Of a stretch of 64,000 nucleotides of DNA, positions 47,617-56,757 are shown in pieces (within the stretch, counting starts at the first letter, position 1; each line of letters starts with the position of its first letter). Under the pieces are notes generated by a model. That model was given only the letters and a program-made list of their open reading frames with translations. It was not told the DNA's origin and made no database searches. The translations under genes were made by a program, and so were the position numbers. The stretch covers positions 30,507-94,506 of the forward strand of contig JBGCFG010000005.1 of assembly GCA_045106815.1 (NCBI GenBank), in the 5' to 3' direction. Source of the DNA: Burkholderiaceae bacterium (lineage in GTDB: Bacteria; Pseudomonadota; Gammaproteobacteria; Burkholderiales; Burkholderiaceae_E).

Positions 47617-48738
47617 ATGGACTCAGCTATGAAAAAGTGTATCACTAAGCTTGCCGCCGCCGCGCTTGGGCTTGCCCTGAGCCAGCCGCTGCTGGCTCAA
47701 AACCTCGAACTGTCACCCAATGCGCCCGACAGCTACACCGTCGTCAAAGGCGACACGCTCTGGGACATCTCAGGCCGCTTCCTGTCCAAGCCCTGGCGCT
47801 GGCCAGAGATCTGGCAGCTCAACCGCGAAGCCATTGAGGACCCGCACTGGATCTACCCGGGTGACGTGGTCTACCTTGATATGAGCGGGCCGCAGCCCCG
47901 GTTGCGCCTGGGTAAGTCAGTCGGTGGTTCCAGAGAAGGGTACAACCGAGACCTGGCAGCCAATGGCGCCGGCTCGGCTAACGGTATCAATGGCGCCAAC
48001 GGCTCGAGCCGGCTGCAACCCATGATCCGTTCACAGCCGCTTGATGACGATGCAATCCCAACCGTCAACATGGCAGCTATTGAAGCCTTTCTGACCCGAC
48101 CGCTTATTGTTGGCCCGGAAGAGCTGCAGTCCAATCCGCGGATCGTTGCCACCCAGGAAGGCCGGGTCTATCTCGGCACTGGCGACAAGGCATATGTCCG
48201 TGGGATTACCGACGAGACCGTCAGCGAATATCACGTCTATCGTCGAGCCAAGCCCTTGCTGGATCCCGATACGCGCAAGCCCATTGCCTATGAAGCGCAA
48301 TTCATTGGTTCGGCCAAAGTTGAGAAGAAAGGTGATCCTGCCACCCTCAAAGTAGCCAGCATGAATGCTGAGGTTGGTGTCGGTGATCGCTTAATGCCCG
48401 CGCTGGAATCTCGCATCATGAACGTCGTGCCGAGAGCACCTCAGGCTGAGATCAATGGCCGAATCGTTTCGGTTCACCGGGGTGTGTCCCAGATCGGCAA
48501 GAACTCTATCGTGGCAATCAATCGCGGCAAAGGTCAGGGGCTCGATGTTGGCCATGTCCTGTCTGTCAAGCAACGCGGCCGCTGGATTAAAGATCCAGAA
48601 ACCCGTGAAGCCATAGCGCTTCCGGATGAGGCGGTTGGCCACATGATGATCTTCAGGGTCTTCGATCAAATCGCGTATGGTTTGATTATGGAAGCTTCTG
48701 AGTTGATTGCAGTTGGTGACGTCGTTACGCAACCCTGA
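47617..48738 (+). CDS. LysM domain-containing periplasmic protein
   Basis: It has a signal peptide (MKKCITKLAAAALGLALSQPLLAQ; alternative ATG at 47629) and the LysM motif YTVVKGDTLWDISGRFLSKPWRWPEIWQLN. It lies upstream of dprA. Confidence 0.8.
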   Translation: MDSAMKKCITKLAAAALGLALSQPLLAQNLELSPNAPDSYTVVKGDTLWDISGRFLSKPWRWPEIWQLNREAIEDPHWIYPGDVVYLDMSGPQPRLRLGKSVGGSREGYNRDLAANGAGSANGINGANGSSRLQPMIRSQPLDDDAIPTVNMAAIEAFLTRPLIVGPEELQSNPRIVATQEGRVYLGTGDKAYVRGITDETVSEYHVYRRAKPLLDPDTRKPIAYEAQFIGSAKVEKKGDPATLKVASMNAEVGVGDRLMPALESRIMNVVPRAPQAEINGRIVSVHRGVSQIGKNSIVAINRGKGQGLDVGHVLSVKQRGRWIKDPETREAIALPDEAVGHMMIFRVFDQIAYGLIMEASELIAVGDVVTQP

Positions 48739-49903
48739 TCTAGCCACACTCCCCCCGCCAGGCCGCGATGAACTCGCGGCCTGGTTGCGTCTGAGTCTTA
48801 CGGATGGCGTGGGTGCCGCTACCGCCGTAATGCTCTTGAGCGTGTTTGGCAGTCCAGAGCGGGTTTTGGGTGCCAGCCATCGAGCCGTCAGCGAAGTTGT
48901 GGGCGCGGCAATTGCCACGCGCCTTGTCCGCCTAGATCCTGAGGTCGATGCCCGGGTTGAGTCCAGCCTGGCTTGGGCAGATCACCCAGATCAGCACATT
49001 CTTACGCTGGGCGAGCCCCACTATCCCAGGTCGCTGCTGGATATTCCTGACCCACCCGTTTTGCTGTTTGTGCGCGGTGACGTTAACTGCCTGAACCAGC
49101 CAATGCTCGCTATTGTCGGCAGCCGCCACGCCAGCCGTGGAGGCCTGGAAAACGCACAGGCATTTGCCCATGAGCTCGCAGCTCGGGGCATCTGCATTGC
49201 CAGCGGACTCGCACTGGGTATAGACGGCGCTGCCCATCAAGGCGCGATAGCCGCCAACGGCCTGACGGTTGGCGTGCTGGGTACCGGCCTGGCTAATATA
49301 TACCCAGCTCGACACCGCGCATTGGCTGACAAGGTCTGCCTGAACGGGGCACTCGTTTCAGAGTTTGATCTCGCATCCGGGCCCCGGCGTGGTCACTTCC
49401 CGCGAAGAAATCGAATCATTGCCGGTCTGAGCGCTGGTGTTTTGGTGATCGAAGCAGCCAGTCAGAGTGGGTCTCTAATTACTGCTCGACTGGCTGGCGA
49501 ATATGGACGGGATGTATTTGCTGTCCCTGGGTCCATCCACTCGCCTCATTCAAAAGGCTGCCACCGCCTCATTCGCGATGGCGCCCGCCTGGTCGAATCC
49601 ACCGAGGATGTCTTGTCCGAATGCCGGCCCGACTTCCTGTCAGCCGCCAATGCCTGTCGGGAGTTGATCAGTCCATCCGCGTCGGCTATCAGGGTTGTAA
49701 AACAATCCGAATCTAATCTGGATAAGGACAGCCGAGCAGTTTTGAAATCGATGGGTTGGGATAGTGTAAGTTATGACTCACTTTCATCAAAAGTCAATCT
49801 GGATAACTCCCAACTTGACCATACATTGCTTCAACTAGAGCTTGACGGTTGGCTTGAGCGCTCACCGGATGGGCGACTCACCAGGCTCAGTGGTCCGGCG
49901 TGA
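48707..49903 (+). CDS. dprA: DNA-processing protein DprA (Smf)
   Basis: LAIVGSRHASRGG...GLALGIDGAAHQGA...YPARHRAL...EFDLASGPRRGHFPRRNRIIAGLS..VLVIEAASQSGSLITA is followed by a C-terminal winged helix. The start is uncertain: TTG at 48707, TTG at 48713 or GTG at 48716. Confidence 0.9.
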   Translation: MQLVTSLRNPDLATLPPPGRDELAAWLRLSLTDGVGAATAVMLLSVFGSPERVLGASHRAVSEVVGAAIATRLVRLDPEVDARVESSLAWADHPDQHILTLGEPHYPRSLLDIPDPPVLLFVRGDVNCLNQPMLAIVGSRHASRGGLENAQAFAHELAARGICIASGLALGIDGAAHQGAIAANGLTVGVLGTGLANIYPARHRALADKVCLNGALVSEFDLASGPRRGHFPRRNRIIAGLSAGVLVIEAASQSGSLITARLAGEYGRDVFAVPGSIHSPHSKGCHRLIRDGARLVESTEDVLSECRPDFLSAANACRELISPSASAIRVVKQSESNLDKDSRAVLKSMGWDSVSYDSLSSKVNLDNSQLDHTLLQLELDGWLERSPDGRLTRLSGPA

Positions 49904-50138
49904 TGCAGGGTTTCAACTTGCCTGAGCGGGTTGCGATCCTTATGATCACTGTGCATGTCGCCTTTCCGGAGCGCTAATAAGCGTTATTGAGTCCGGGCCG
50001 CTAGCTTGTATCAATAGGTGGATTTGAGGTGATTTTGGGCGAAGTTAAGCCTCGCTCAGGTTCTTTTGAGCGGCTTTAGGCCGCTTTCTAATTTCTAACC
50101 ATGGTTGTCATAGGAGTTTGCCCCTGACGGGGTTGCTG

Positions 50139-52865
50139 ATGAGTAAATCGCTGATAATCGCCGAGAAACCTTCTGTCGCCGGTGACATCGCCCGCTCCCT
50201 GGGTGGTCTCAAGCGCGAGAAGGACTTTTTCGAAGGTGACGAGTACGTCGTCACGTCGGCTGTGGGCCACCTGCTTGAAATCAAGGCACCCGAGGGTGTA
50301 GAGGTCAAGAGAGGCAAGTGGTCGTTCGCGAATTTGCCGGTTATTCCTGGCCACTTCGATCTGAACCCGATTGCGCGCACCGAAGATCGCCTAAAGCTGC
50401 TCGCCAAACTTATCAAGCGTAAAGATATCGATACCATCATCAACGCTTGTGACGCGGGACGCGAAGGCGAGCTGATTTTCAGGTTGATCGTTCAGCACAC
50501 CAAAGCAAAGCAGCCCATCCAGCGGCTGTGGTTGCAATCCATGACACCAAAAGCGATCCGCGAAGCCTTCGAAAAGCTTCGTGATGATGAGCAAATGCGG
50601 CCGCTTGCTGACGCTGCGCGCTGTCGCTCAGAGGCTGACTGGCTGGTTGGTATCAATGGGACACGCGCAATGACCGCGTTCAACTCCCAGGACGGTGGGT
50701 TCTACCTTACGACCGTTGGGCGAGTGCAAACGCCTACCCTGACCATCGTGGTTGAGCGCGAAGAAGCTATTAAGAGATTTATTTCGCGACCGTACTACGA
50801 GATTCACGGTGAGTTCGAGGTTGCTGCCGGGCAATATCTAGGCCGCTGGTTCGATCCGAGTTTCAAGAAAAGTGAGGACGACCCCGAGGCACGAGCTGAG
50901 CGGCTATGGGATCGGGAAAGCGCCGAAGCCATCGAGCGTGCCTGCAAGGGCCAGCAAGCTGAGGTTTCTGAAGAAACCAAACCCTCAACTCAAAGCGCAC
51001 CGATGCTCTTCGACCTAACCAGTTTGCAGCGCGAAAGCAATGCACGGTTTGGATTCAGCGCGAAGGCGACGCTTTCTTTGGCACAGGCGCTCTATGAGCG
51101 GCATAAGGTGCTGACCTACCCGCGTACTGATTCGCGTGCCCTACCGGAAGATTATCTACCGACCGTGCGCGATACGCTGGGCATTCTAAGAGACGAATCC
51201 AGCCAGCGCTTGTCTGAAATTACTGGCGGCAGTGGAGGCAATCCGATTGGACCTCATGCCGGCAAAATTCTCTCCAATGAATGGGTCAAGCCAAACAAAA
51301 GAATTTTCAATGACGCCAAGATCTCCGATCACTTTGCGATCATTCCGACTTTGCAGGCACCCAAGAACTTAAGCGAAGCAGAAGCCAAGGTATACGACCT
51401 GGTTGTCAGACGGTTCATGGCCGTGTTTTTTCCGCCTGCAGAATTCAGAAACACCACCCGCATTTCCAAGATTGGCGAGCACCATTTTAAGACTGAGGGC
51501 AAGGTCATGGTCAAACCGGGTTGGCTTGCGATCTATGGTCGCGAGGCGATTGCCGGCGAAGGCACCTTGGTGGCAGTAGAAGACAATGAGAAGTCAACGG
51601 CCGAGCATGTCGAAGTACGCGACCTCGCCACTCGGCCACCGGCGCGCTACACCGAGGCAACCTTGTTGTCAGCGATGGAAGGCGCCGGCAAGCTGGTTGA
51701 TGATGATGATCTGCGCGAGGCTATGGCCGGCAAGGGGCTCGGTACACCGGCGACCCGTGCGGCCATTATTGAAGGCCTGATCAGCGAGAACTATCTGATT
51801 CGCGAAGACAAGTCGCTCATGCCGACAACCAAAGCATTTCAATTGCTGACCTTGCTGCGTGGTCTTGGTGTTACAGAACTCACCATGCCTGAGTTAACCG
51901 GCGAGTGGGAAAGCAAGCTGTCGCAAATTGAGCGCGGACAGCTCGAGCGCGAAGCTTTCATGCAGGAGATCAGCAAGATGGCGGAGCAAATTGTTGCTCG
52001 CGCTAAAAACTACGGTGCTACGACAGTGCCGGGTGACTATTCAGACTTATCTTCGCCCTGCCCTAATTGCGGTGGCCAGGTTAAAGAAAACTACAAGCGT
52101 TTTGCCTGTACGCAATGCGATTTTTCCATCACCAAAATCCCCGGCAGTCGGCAACTTGAGGTTCCTGAAGCAGAAACCTTGATTACTGAAAAAACGATTG
52201 GGCCTTTGCAAGGGTTTCGAAGTCGCATGGGCAGACCATTTGCTGCCATTTTAAAGCTCACGTCTGAACACAAGCTCGAGTTTGACTTTGGTCAAGATGA
52301 TGACGAAAACAGCGAGCCAGTCGATTTTTCTGGCCAACAAAGCCTGGGTGTCTGCCCGAAGTGTCAGTCCAGCGTTTATGAGCATGGGATGAATTACATC
52401 TGCGAGAAAGCAGTTGGCCCAAATAAGAGCTGCGACTTCCGCTCCGGTAAAGTCATCTTGCAACAGGAAATCGAACCTGAGCAAGTTCGCAAGCTATTGA
52501 CTGAGGGGCGCACTGACCTGCTCACAGGGTTTGTCTCGTCAAGGACTCGCCGGAAATTCAAGGCATACCTAAAGCGTGGTGACGACGGCAAGGTTGGCTT
52601 TGAGTTTGAAGCCCGCAAACCTAAGGCTGGCGAAGATGGCACAGCTACCAGCAAAAAGGCGGCCAAGAAACCTGCTGCCAAGAAAGCGGCCACTAAAAAG
52701 GCTGCAAGCAAGAAGCCCGCTGCCAAGAAAGCTGCAGCTAAAAAGTCCTCAGCGAAAAAGCCTGCTGCTAAAAAAGCAGCGAGCAAAAAACCTGCTGTCA
52801 AAAATGATAAGGCGGAGGCATCGGCTGACAGCGATGGTTCTGCCGCAACACAAGGCGCTGACTAA
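50139..52865 (+). CDS. topB: DNA topoisomerase III with C-terminal zinc ribbons and a Lys/Ala-rich tail
   Basis: MSKSLIIAEKPSVAGDIARSLG...SAVGHLLE...CDAGREGELIF...RSEADWLVGINGTRA is the TopB-type TOPRIM/core, not the TopA IVESPAKA type. CPNCGG and CPKCQ zinc ribbons are present. The tail is made of AAKKPAAKKAATKKAASKKPAAKK repeats. Confidence 0.88.
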   Translation: MSKSLIIAEKPSVAGDIARSLGGLKREKDFFEGDEYVVTSAVGHLLEIKAPEGVEVKRGKWSFANLPVIPGHFDLNPIARTEDRLKLLAKLIKRKDIDTIINACDAGREGELIFRLIVQHTKAKQPIQRLWLQSMTPKAIREAFEKLRDDEQMRPLADAARCRSEADWLVGINGTRAMTAFNSQDGGFYLTTVGRVQTPTLTIVVEREEAIKRFISRPYYEIHGEFEVAAGQYLGRWFDPSFKKSEDDPEARAERLWDRESAEAIERACKGQQAEVSEETKPSTQSAPMLFDLTSLQRESNARFGFSAKATLSLAQALYERHKVLTYPRTDSRALPEDYLPTVRDTLGILRDESSQRLSEITGGSGGNPIGPHAGKILSNEWVKPNKRIFNDAKISDHFAIIPTLQAPKNLSEAEAKVYDLVVRRFMAVFFPPAEFRNTTRISKIGEHHFKTEGKVMVKPGWLAIYGREAIAGEGTLVAVEDNEKSTAEHVEVRDLATRPPARYTEATLLSAMEGAGKLVDDDDLREAMAGKGLGTPATRAAIIEGLISENYLIREDKSLMPTTKAFQLLTLLRGLGVTELTMPELTGEWESKLSQIERGQLEREAFMQEISKMAEQIVARAKNYGATTVPGDYSDLSSPCPNCGGQVKENYKRFACTQCDFSITKIPGSRQLEVPEAETLITEKTIGPLQGFRSRMGRPFAAILKLTSEHKLEFDFGQDDDENSEPVDFSGQQSLGVCPKCQSSVYEHGMNYICEKAVGPNKSCDFRSGKVILQQEIEPEQVRKLLTEGRTDLLTGFVSSRTRRKFKAYLKRGDDGKVGFEFEARKPKAGEDGTATSKKAAKKPAAKKAATKKAASKKPAAKKAAAKKSSAKKPAAKKAASKKPAVKNDKAEASADSDGSAATQGAD

Positions 52866-52872
52866 GCGGGGG

Positions 52873-53103
52873 TCAGGCGGCCTTGGGTGCGCTATCTACA
52901 ACCCAACGTGCCAGCGCCTTCTGGTGATCCAGCGTAACTGAGTCTGCTTTGAATGCTCTGTGCCCGCGAAAGATCAACTCGCCGTACAGATCAGCGAGCA
53001 GGCTGACATCTGACGACAAGGCCGCTTCGTGGCCTACGGAAGGTTCTGTCTGCCTCGCCCGGTTAATGGCAAGCTCTAGATCAGTAATTGAAATGATGTC
53101 CAT
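52873..53103 (-). CDS. Small hypothetical protein (DUF3717-like)
   Basis: This 76-aa ORF, MDIISITDLELAINRARQTEP..., resembles DUF3717 N-termini (ITDIEAAIN) from memory. It is compact with normal composition. Confidence 0.4.
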   Translation of the reverse strand: MDIISITDLELAINRARQTEPSVGHEAALSSDVSLLADLYGELIFRGHRAFKADSVTLDHQKALARWVVDSAPKAA

Positions 53104-53139
53104 AACACTCAGATTATCAGATTACGGCCTTCCCCAATT

Positions 53140-53814
53140 ATGAGTCTTTCTCGCGAACATCTTGTTAATGGCATGTTCAACAAAATGGCTGCCGAGCATG
53201 CTGGTGACGATGGCCCGCAGCCATTGACCGAACAAGAGCTATCGGACTCCATGCAATCGCTCCTCAAAGACTCCCCCGCAAAAAACCACGTCTGGGTGTT
53301 TGGATACGGCTCCTTGATCTGGAATCCGATTTTTCATCATGATCAGCAGCACCGGGCGACTTTGTACGGATATCGGAGAAAATTCTGCCTGAAGACAAAG
53401 CTCAGCCGCGGCACACCCGATCAGCCGGGTTTACTCCTGGGCCTCGAACCTGGTGGCTCTTGCTCTGGCATTGCTTATCGATTGTGCGGCGAACAGTTGC
53501 ACGAAGATCTGACCCTTTTGTGGCGACGGGAAATGGTTACCGGCGCGTATCGCCCACGTTGGGTCTCACTGAAAACAGATGATGCGCCGATTACTGGCCT
53601 CGCGTTTGTGATGAATCGCCAATATGTCCACTATGCCTGTGGCTTGAGCGATGAAGAGACAGCCAAGGTCCTGGCTGTCGCCAAAGGGCCCCTCGGTACT
53701 TGCGCTGAATACCTGTTCAACACATACGATGGTTTGCACCAACATGGCATTAAGGACAATCACATGCTAGAACTCGTTGAGCGGGTCAAACGACTTCACA
53801 CGAGTACCGAATGA
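53140..53814 (+). CDS. chaC: ChaC-family gamma-glutamylcyclotransferase
   Basis: It has the VWVFGYGSLIWNP motif and a C-terminal ChaC pattern (GPLGTCAEYL). Confidence 0.8.
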   Translation: MSLSREHLVNGMFNKMAAEHAGDDGPQPLTEQELSDSMQSLLKDSPAKNHVWVFGYGSLIWNPIFHHDQQHRATLYGYRRKFCLKTKLSRGTPDQPGLLLGLEPGGSCSGIAYRLCGEQLHEDLTLLWRREMVTGAYRPRWVSLKTDDAPITGLAFVMNRQYVHYACGLSDEETAKVLAVAKGPLGTCAEYLFNTYDGLHQHGIKDNHMLELVERVKRLHTSTE

Positions 53815-54791
53815 ATCAATCAGATCTCGCCCCTTCGTTTGAAGATGTACAAGCTGCCGCTCGCCGTTTGAAAGGTGCAGCGCACCGCACACCTGTTATG
53901 CAGTCGTCAACGGCCAATCAAATGACCGGTGCTGCTTTGTTCTTTAAATGCGAGAACCTGCAAAGAATTGGCGCCTTCAAATTCAGAGGGGCTTACAACG
54001 CAATTGCAAAGCTTGATGCCAAGCAGCGCCAGCGGGGCGTGATCGCCTACTCTTCCGGCAACCATGCTCAGGCCATAGCAAAGGCAGGTGACATGCTGGG
54101 TTGTCCAGCCACTATTGTGATGCCTGAAGATGCACCGCCTCTCAAACTCGCGGCAACCCGTGGCTACGGCGCGAATGTCGTGACCTATGACCGCTACACT
54201 CAGAATCGCGAGACTATCGCTAACGACATTGCACTTGAAAATGGATTAACCATCATTCCGCCGTATAACCACCAGGATGTTTTGGCTGGTCAGGGGACAG
54301 CGGCGCTGGAACTGTTTGAAGAAGTGGGCGAGCTGGATGTATTGCTCGTATGCGTCGGTGGCGGTGGCTTGATTGCTGGTTGTTCACTGGCAGCGGGTGA
54401 ATTGTCTAAAGACTGTGAAGTAATTGGCGTTGAGCCGTTGGCCGGTAATGATGTTCAACAATCCCTTGAAACCGGCTCGCCAGTTTCGATTGATGTTCCC
54501 AAAACGATCGCCGATGGCGCGCAAACGCAGTGTGTTGGCTCGCTAACGTTTCCCGTTATTCAGAAGCATGTTTCATCTATCCTGACCGTGACGGACGAAT
54601 CGTTAGTTAGAACGATGAAATGGTTTGGCGAGCGAATGAAGATGGTAGTTGAACCGACTGGCTGCCTTGCAGCAGCTGTGGCTCTCGAGAATCATTTGCC
54701 AATCAAAGGCAAGCGTGTTGGTGTGCTGATTAGCGGCGGTAACGTCGACATGAACCGATACGCCTCACTCATTGCGTCGTTGTCAGTGTAG
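53811..54791 (+). CDS. PLP-dependent threonine/serine dehydratase (serine racemase / threo-3-hydroxyaspartate ammonia-lyase-like)
   Basis: It has FFKCENLQRIGAFKFRGAYNAI (the PLP lysine), SSGNHAQA and GGGGLIAG. An ATGA overlap joins it to chaC. Confidence 0.85.
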   Translation: MNQSDLAPSFEDVQAAARRLKGAAHRTPVMQSSTANQMTGAALFFKCENLQRIGAFKFRGAYNAIAKLDAKQRQRGVIAYSSGNHAQAIAKAGDMLGCPATIVMPEDAPPLKLAATRGYGANVVTYDRYTQNRETIANDIALENGLTIIPPYNHQDVLAGQGTAALELFEEVGELDVLLVCVGGGGLIAGCSLAAGELSKDCEVIGVEPLAGNDVQQSLETGSPVSIDVPKTIADGAQTQCVGSLTFPVIQKHVSSILTVTDESLVRTMKWFGERMKMVVEPTGCLAAAVALENHLPIKGKRVGVLISGGNVDMNRYASLIASLSV

Positions 54792-55049
54792 TGACTGCAC
54801 TTGCATTGACGACCATCTTTTTCGCAAGCGCTCACAGACGAGTTTGAAGTTCTCAGAGGTGTTTGGATGCGAAACAAGTGACTCCAAGTTAAGAGTTATC
54901 TTGGTGGCAACTGCATTATCCTGAGAAGTAATCCAATGAGTCATCAGGCACATCGTTGCGCCGAGTAATGGCTCAAGACAAACTCGATCGTGTGACGAAT
55001 AAGTGTCCGTCAAACCGACAATTTTGGGGGGGCGCTTGAAAGTGCTCAT
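54783..55049 (-). CDS. Hypothetical 88-aa protein behind an iron-box promoter
   Basis: AGGA lies 7 nt upstream of the ATG, and a near-consensus promoter with an embedded operator lies 37-65 nt upstream. I recognise no family. The 3' end overlaps the convergent dehydratase gene by 9 nt. Confidence 0.45.
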   Translation of the reverse strand: MSTFKRPPKIVGLTDTYSSHDRVCLEPLLGATMCLMTHWITSQDNAVATKITLNLESLVSHPNTSENFKLVCERLRKRWSSMQVQSLH

Positions 55050-55085
55050 TGCAAGATCCTGTTTTAACAGCCTTGAAGAAGAACC

Positions 55086-55114
55086 ATATTAATGCGAATG
55101 AGTCTCATTTGCAA
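55086..55114 (-). promoter_or_regulatory. Promoter TTGCAA-17 nt-TAATAT with embedded operator TGCAAAT-N7-ATTCGCA (Fur-type)
   Basis: Read on the minus strand, it is TTGCAA ATGAGACTCATTCGCAT TAATAT. On the plus strand, 55093..55113 (TGCGAATGAG-T-CTCATTTGCA) is a 21-bp palindrome with one mismatch. The architecture is identical to the bfd promoter at 6616..6644. Confidence 0.6.
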
Positions 55115-55198
55115 ATGAGATCTATGACTACGCCTTTGGACGATGGCAGATAGATAGCTACCCGTCGACTCGATAGCTCGTCGTGCCACAATATAAGC

Positions 55199-56035
55199 AT
55201 GCTACTTACGCCACCAAACTTTGAAAACGCCCACGCCATAACGCTCAGCAGTGATGCGATTGCGCATGTCTTTATTCGAGATGCCCTGGTGCAATCTATC
55301 GAGCAGCCCTGCGCCCTCCCCTGGCGCTTCTATGAGCAAATGGGGCTTGCACCTATGACGGTTCATGGTCTTGGCAAGTTGAACGGCGAAGATCATGTTG
55401 CCGTTGCCCTGCATCCAGAGCAATCGGAGTCACTACTGCCTGACGGTTTCAAAGCCGCTGGGCTCAGATCCTGGTTTGGTGTGCTTGATGAAGCGACGTT
55501 GGGCATTGCGTTGCGCGCCGTACAAGTCTTGTCGTGGGATAGAACACACCGGTTCTGTGGCGCCTGTGGCACGCAAACAGAGTTGGGTACCCATGAACGG
55601 GTCCGCCGTTGCCCGGCGTGCGAACTCACGGTTTATCCGAGAATTTCGCCTGCGATGATGGTGTTAATTACTCATGGCCGCTCAGTATTGCTTGGGCGAG
55701 GCGTAAATTTTCCATCCGGCTTTTATAGTGCGCTTGCCGGGTTTGTCGAAGCGGGCGAATCAGTGGAAGAAACGGTTCATCGCGAGGTGTTGGAAGAAGT
55801 AAACGTCAAGGTTAAGAACCTTAAGTACTTTAGTAGCCAGAGCTGGCCCTTCCCCAATTCCCTGATGATCGCTTTCACGGCCGAGTATGACAGCGGTGAT
55901 CTAAAGCCAGATCCGGCAGAACTAATTGATGCCCAGTGGTTTGATATTGATGAAATGCCACGTATCCCGCCAAGATTCAGTATTGCCAGGGCGCTAATTG
56001 ACCATACCGTCAACGATTTACGAAGTTCAACTTAG
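55199..56035 (+). CDS. nudC: NAD(+)/NADH diphosphatase
   Basis: It has the zinc ribbon CGACGTQT...CPACELTVYPR and the Nudix box GFVEAGESVEETVHREVLEEVNV, followed by the NudC SQSWPFPNSLM motif. Confidence 0.85.
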   Translation: MLLTPPNFENAHAITLSSDAIAHVFIRDALVQSIEQPCALPWRFYEQMGLAPMTVHGLGKLNGEDHVAVALHPEQSESLLPDGFKAAGLRSWFGVLDEATLGIALRAVQVLSWDRTHRFCGACGTQTELGTHERVRRCPACELTVYPRISPAMMVLITHGRSVLLGRGVNFPSGFYSALAGFVEAGESVEETVHREVLEEVNVKVKNLKYFSSQSWPFPNSLMIAFTAEYDSGDLKPDPAELIDAQWFDIDEMPRIPPRFSIARALIDHTVNDLRSST

Positions 56036-56093
56036 CGCAGTGTTGGATTCCTACGCTTAGTTACCTGGAAATTCGTCAGGCAGCGCTAGACTA

Positions 56094-56735
56094 ATGACCA
56101 CTCCGACCCTCACCTTGCAAACCATGACCTCTCCTCGCCGGCTCTGGCTAAGTCTCGGATCTATTGTGTTGGCCCTACTCGTCGCTGCCTGCGCCACGCA
56201 AGGGCAGTACTCGAGTGGCCGCCTTGCACGCGTCACACCAGCAGACTTTATCTCCCTGAAACCTGAAGTCGTTGCCGTTGGTCTAGACATCGACTCGCGG
56301 ATTCCCGCATCTCTCAATCGGTCACCTGACTTGTTGGTAGGCGTTTTGCCAGTTGAGCATAACGCCTGGGAGCCAATTGGAGCCCGTTTAAAGACTCGAC
56401 AGATAAAACTGGGTGGTGAAGCGCCTGATCCGGCGGCCGGAAAATCACTGCGCTCATGGATGGATGCCCCAGGTGGGCGAATTCGGCTTGGCTATGTTTT
56501 GACAGAAGAAAGCAAAGCTGAAATGGCCAGGCTGCAGCAGAAATTTGATGAGTTACTCAAAAAATACCCGCCTAACAGCGGCAAACGAGGCAGTTTGAGA
56601 ATCAGGGTTGATAGCTTATCAATGATCAATCCTGACAGTCAGTCAGCTAACCTGAGATTGAGCAACTACTTGCAGTTGTCAGTTGCCGAAGGTTTGTTTT
56701 CGATCTGGAAAGGAACACCCGCGACGATGCGTTAG
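56094..56735 (+). CDS. Hypothetical lipoprotein
   Basis: It has the lipobox LLVAACATQ after a hydrophobic segment. An alternative ATG lies at 56124. I recognise no family. Confidence 0.5.
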   Translation: MTTPTLTLQTMTSPRRLWLSLGSIVLALLVAACATQGQYSSGRLARVTPADFISLKPEVVAVGLDIDSRIPASLNRSPDLLVGVLPVEHNAWEPIGARLKTRQIKLGGEAPDPAAGKSLRSWMDAPGGRIRLGYVLTEESKAEMARLQQKFDELLKKYPPNSGKRGSLRIRVDSLSMINPDSQSANLRLSNYLQLSVAEGLFSIWKGTPATMR

Positions 56736-56757
56736 ACACTCTGTCGAGAAGCCAACG

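Noticed and set aside
49904-50138. A missing smg (DUF494) gene or a hidden small gene between dprA and the topoisomerase gene.
   Set aside because: No ORF of useful length lies in either orientation, and only weak hairpins are present. I treat it as a plain intergenic or promoter region for topB.
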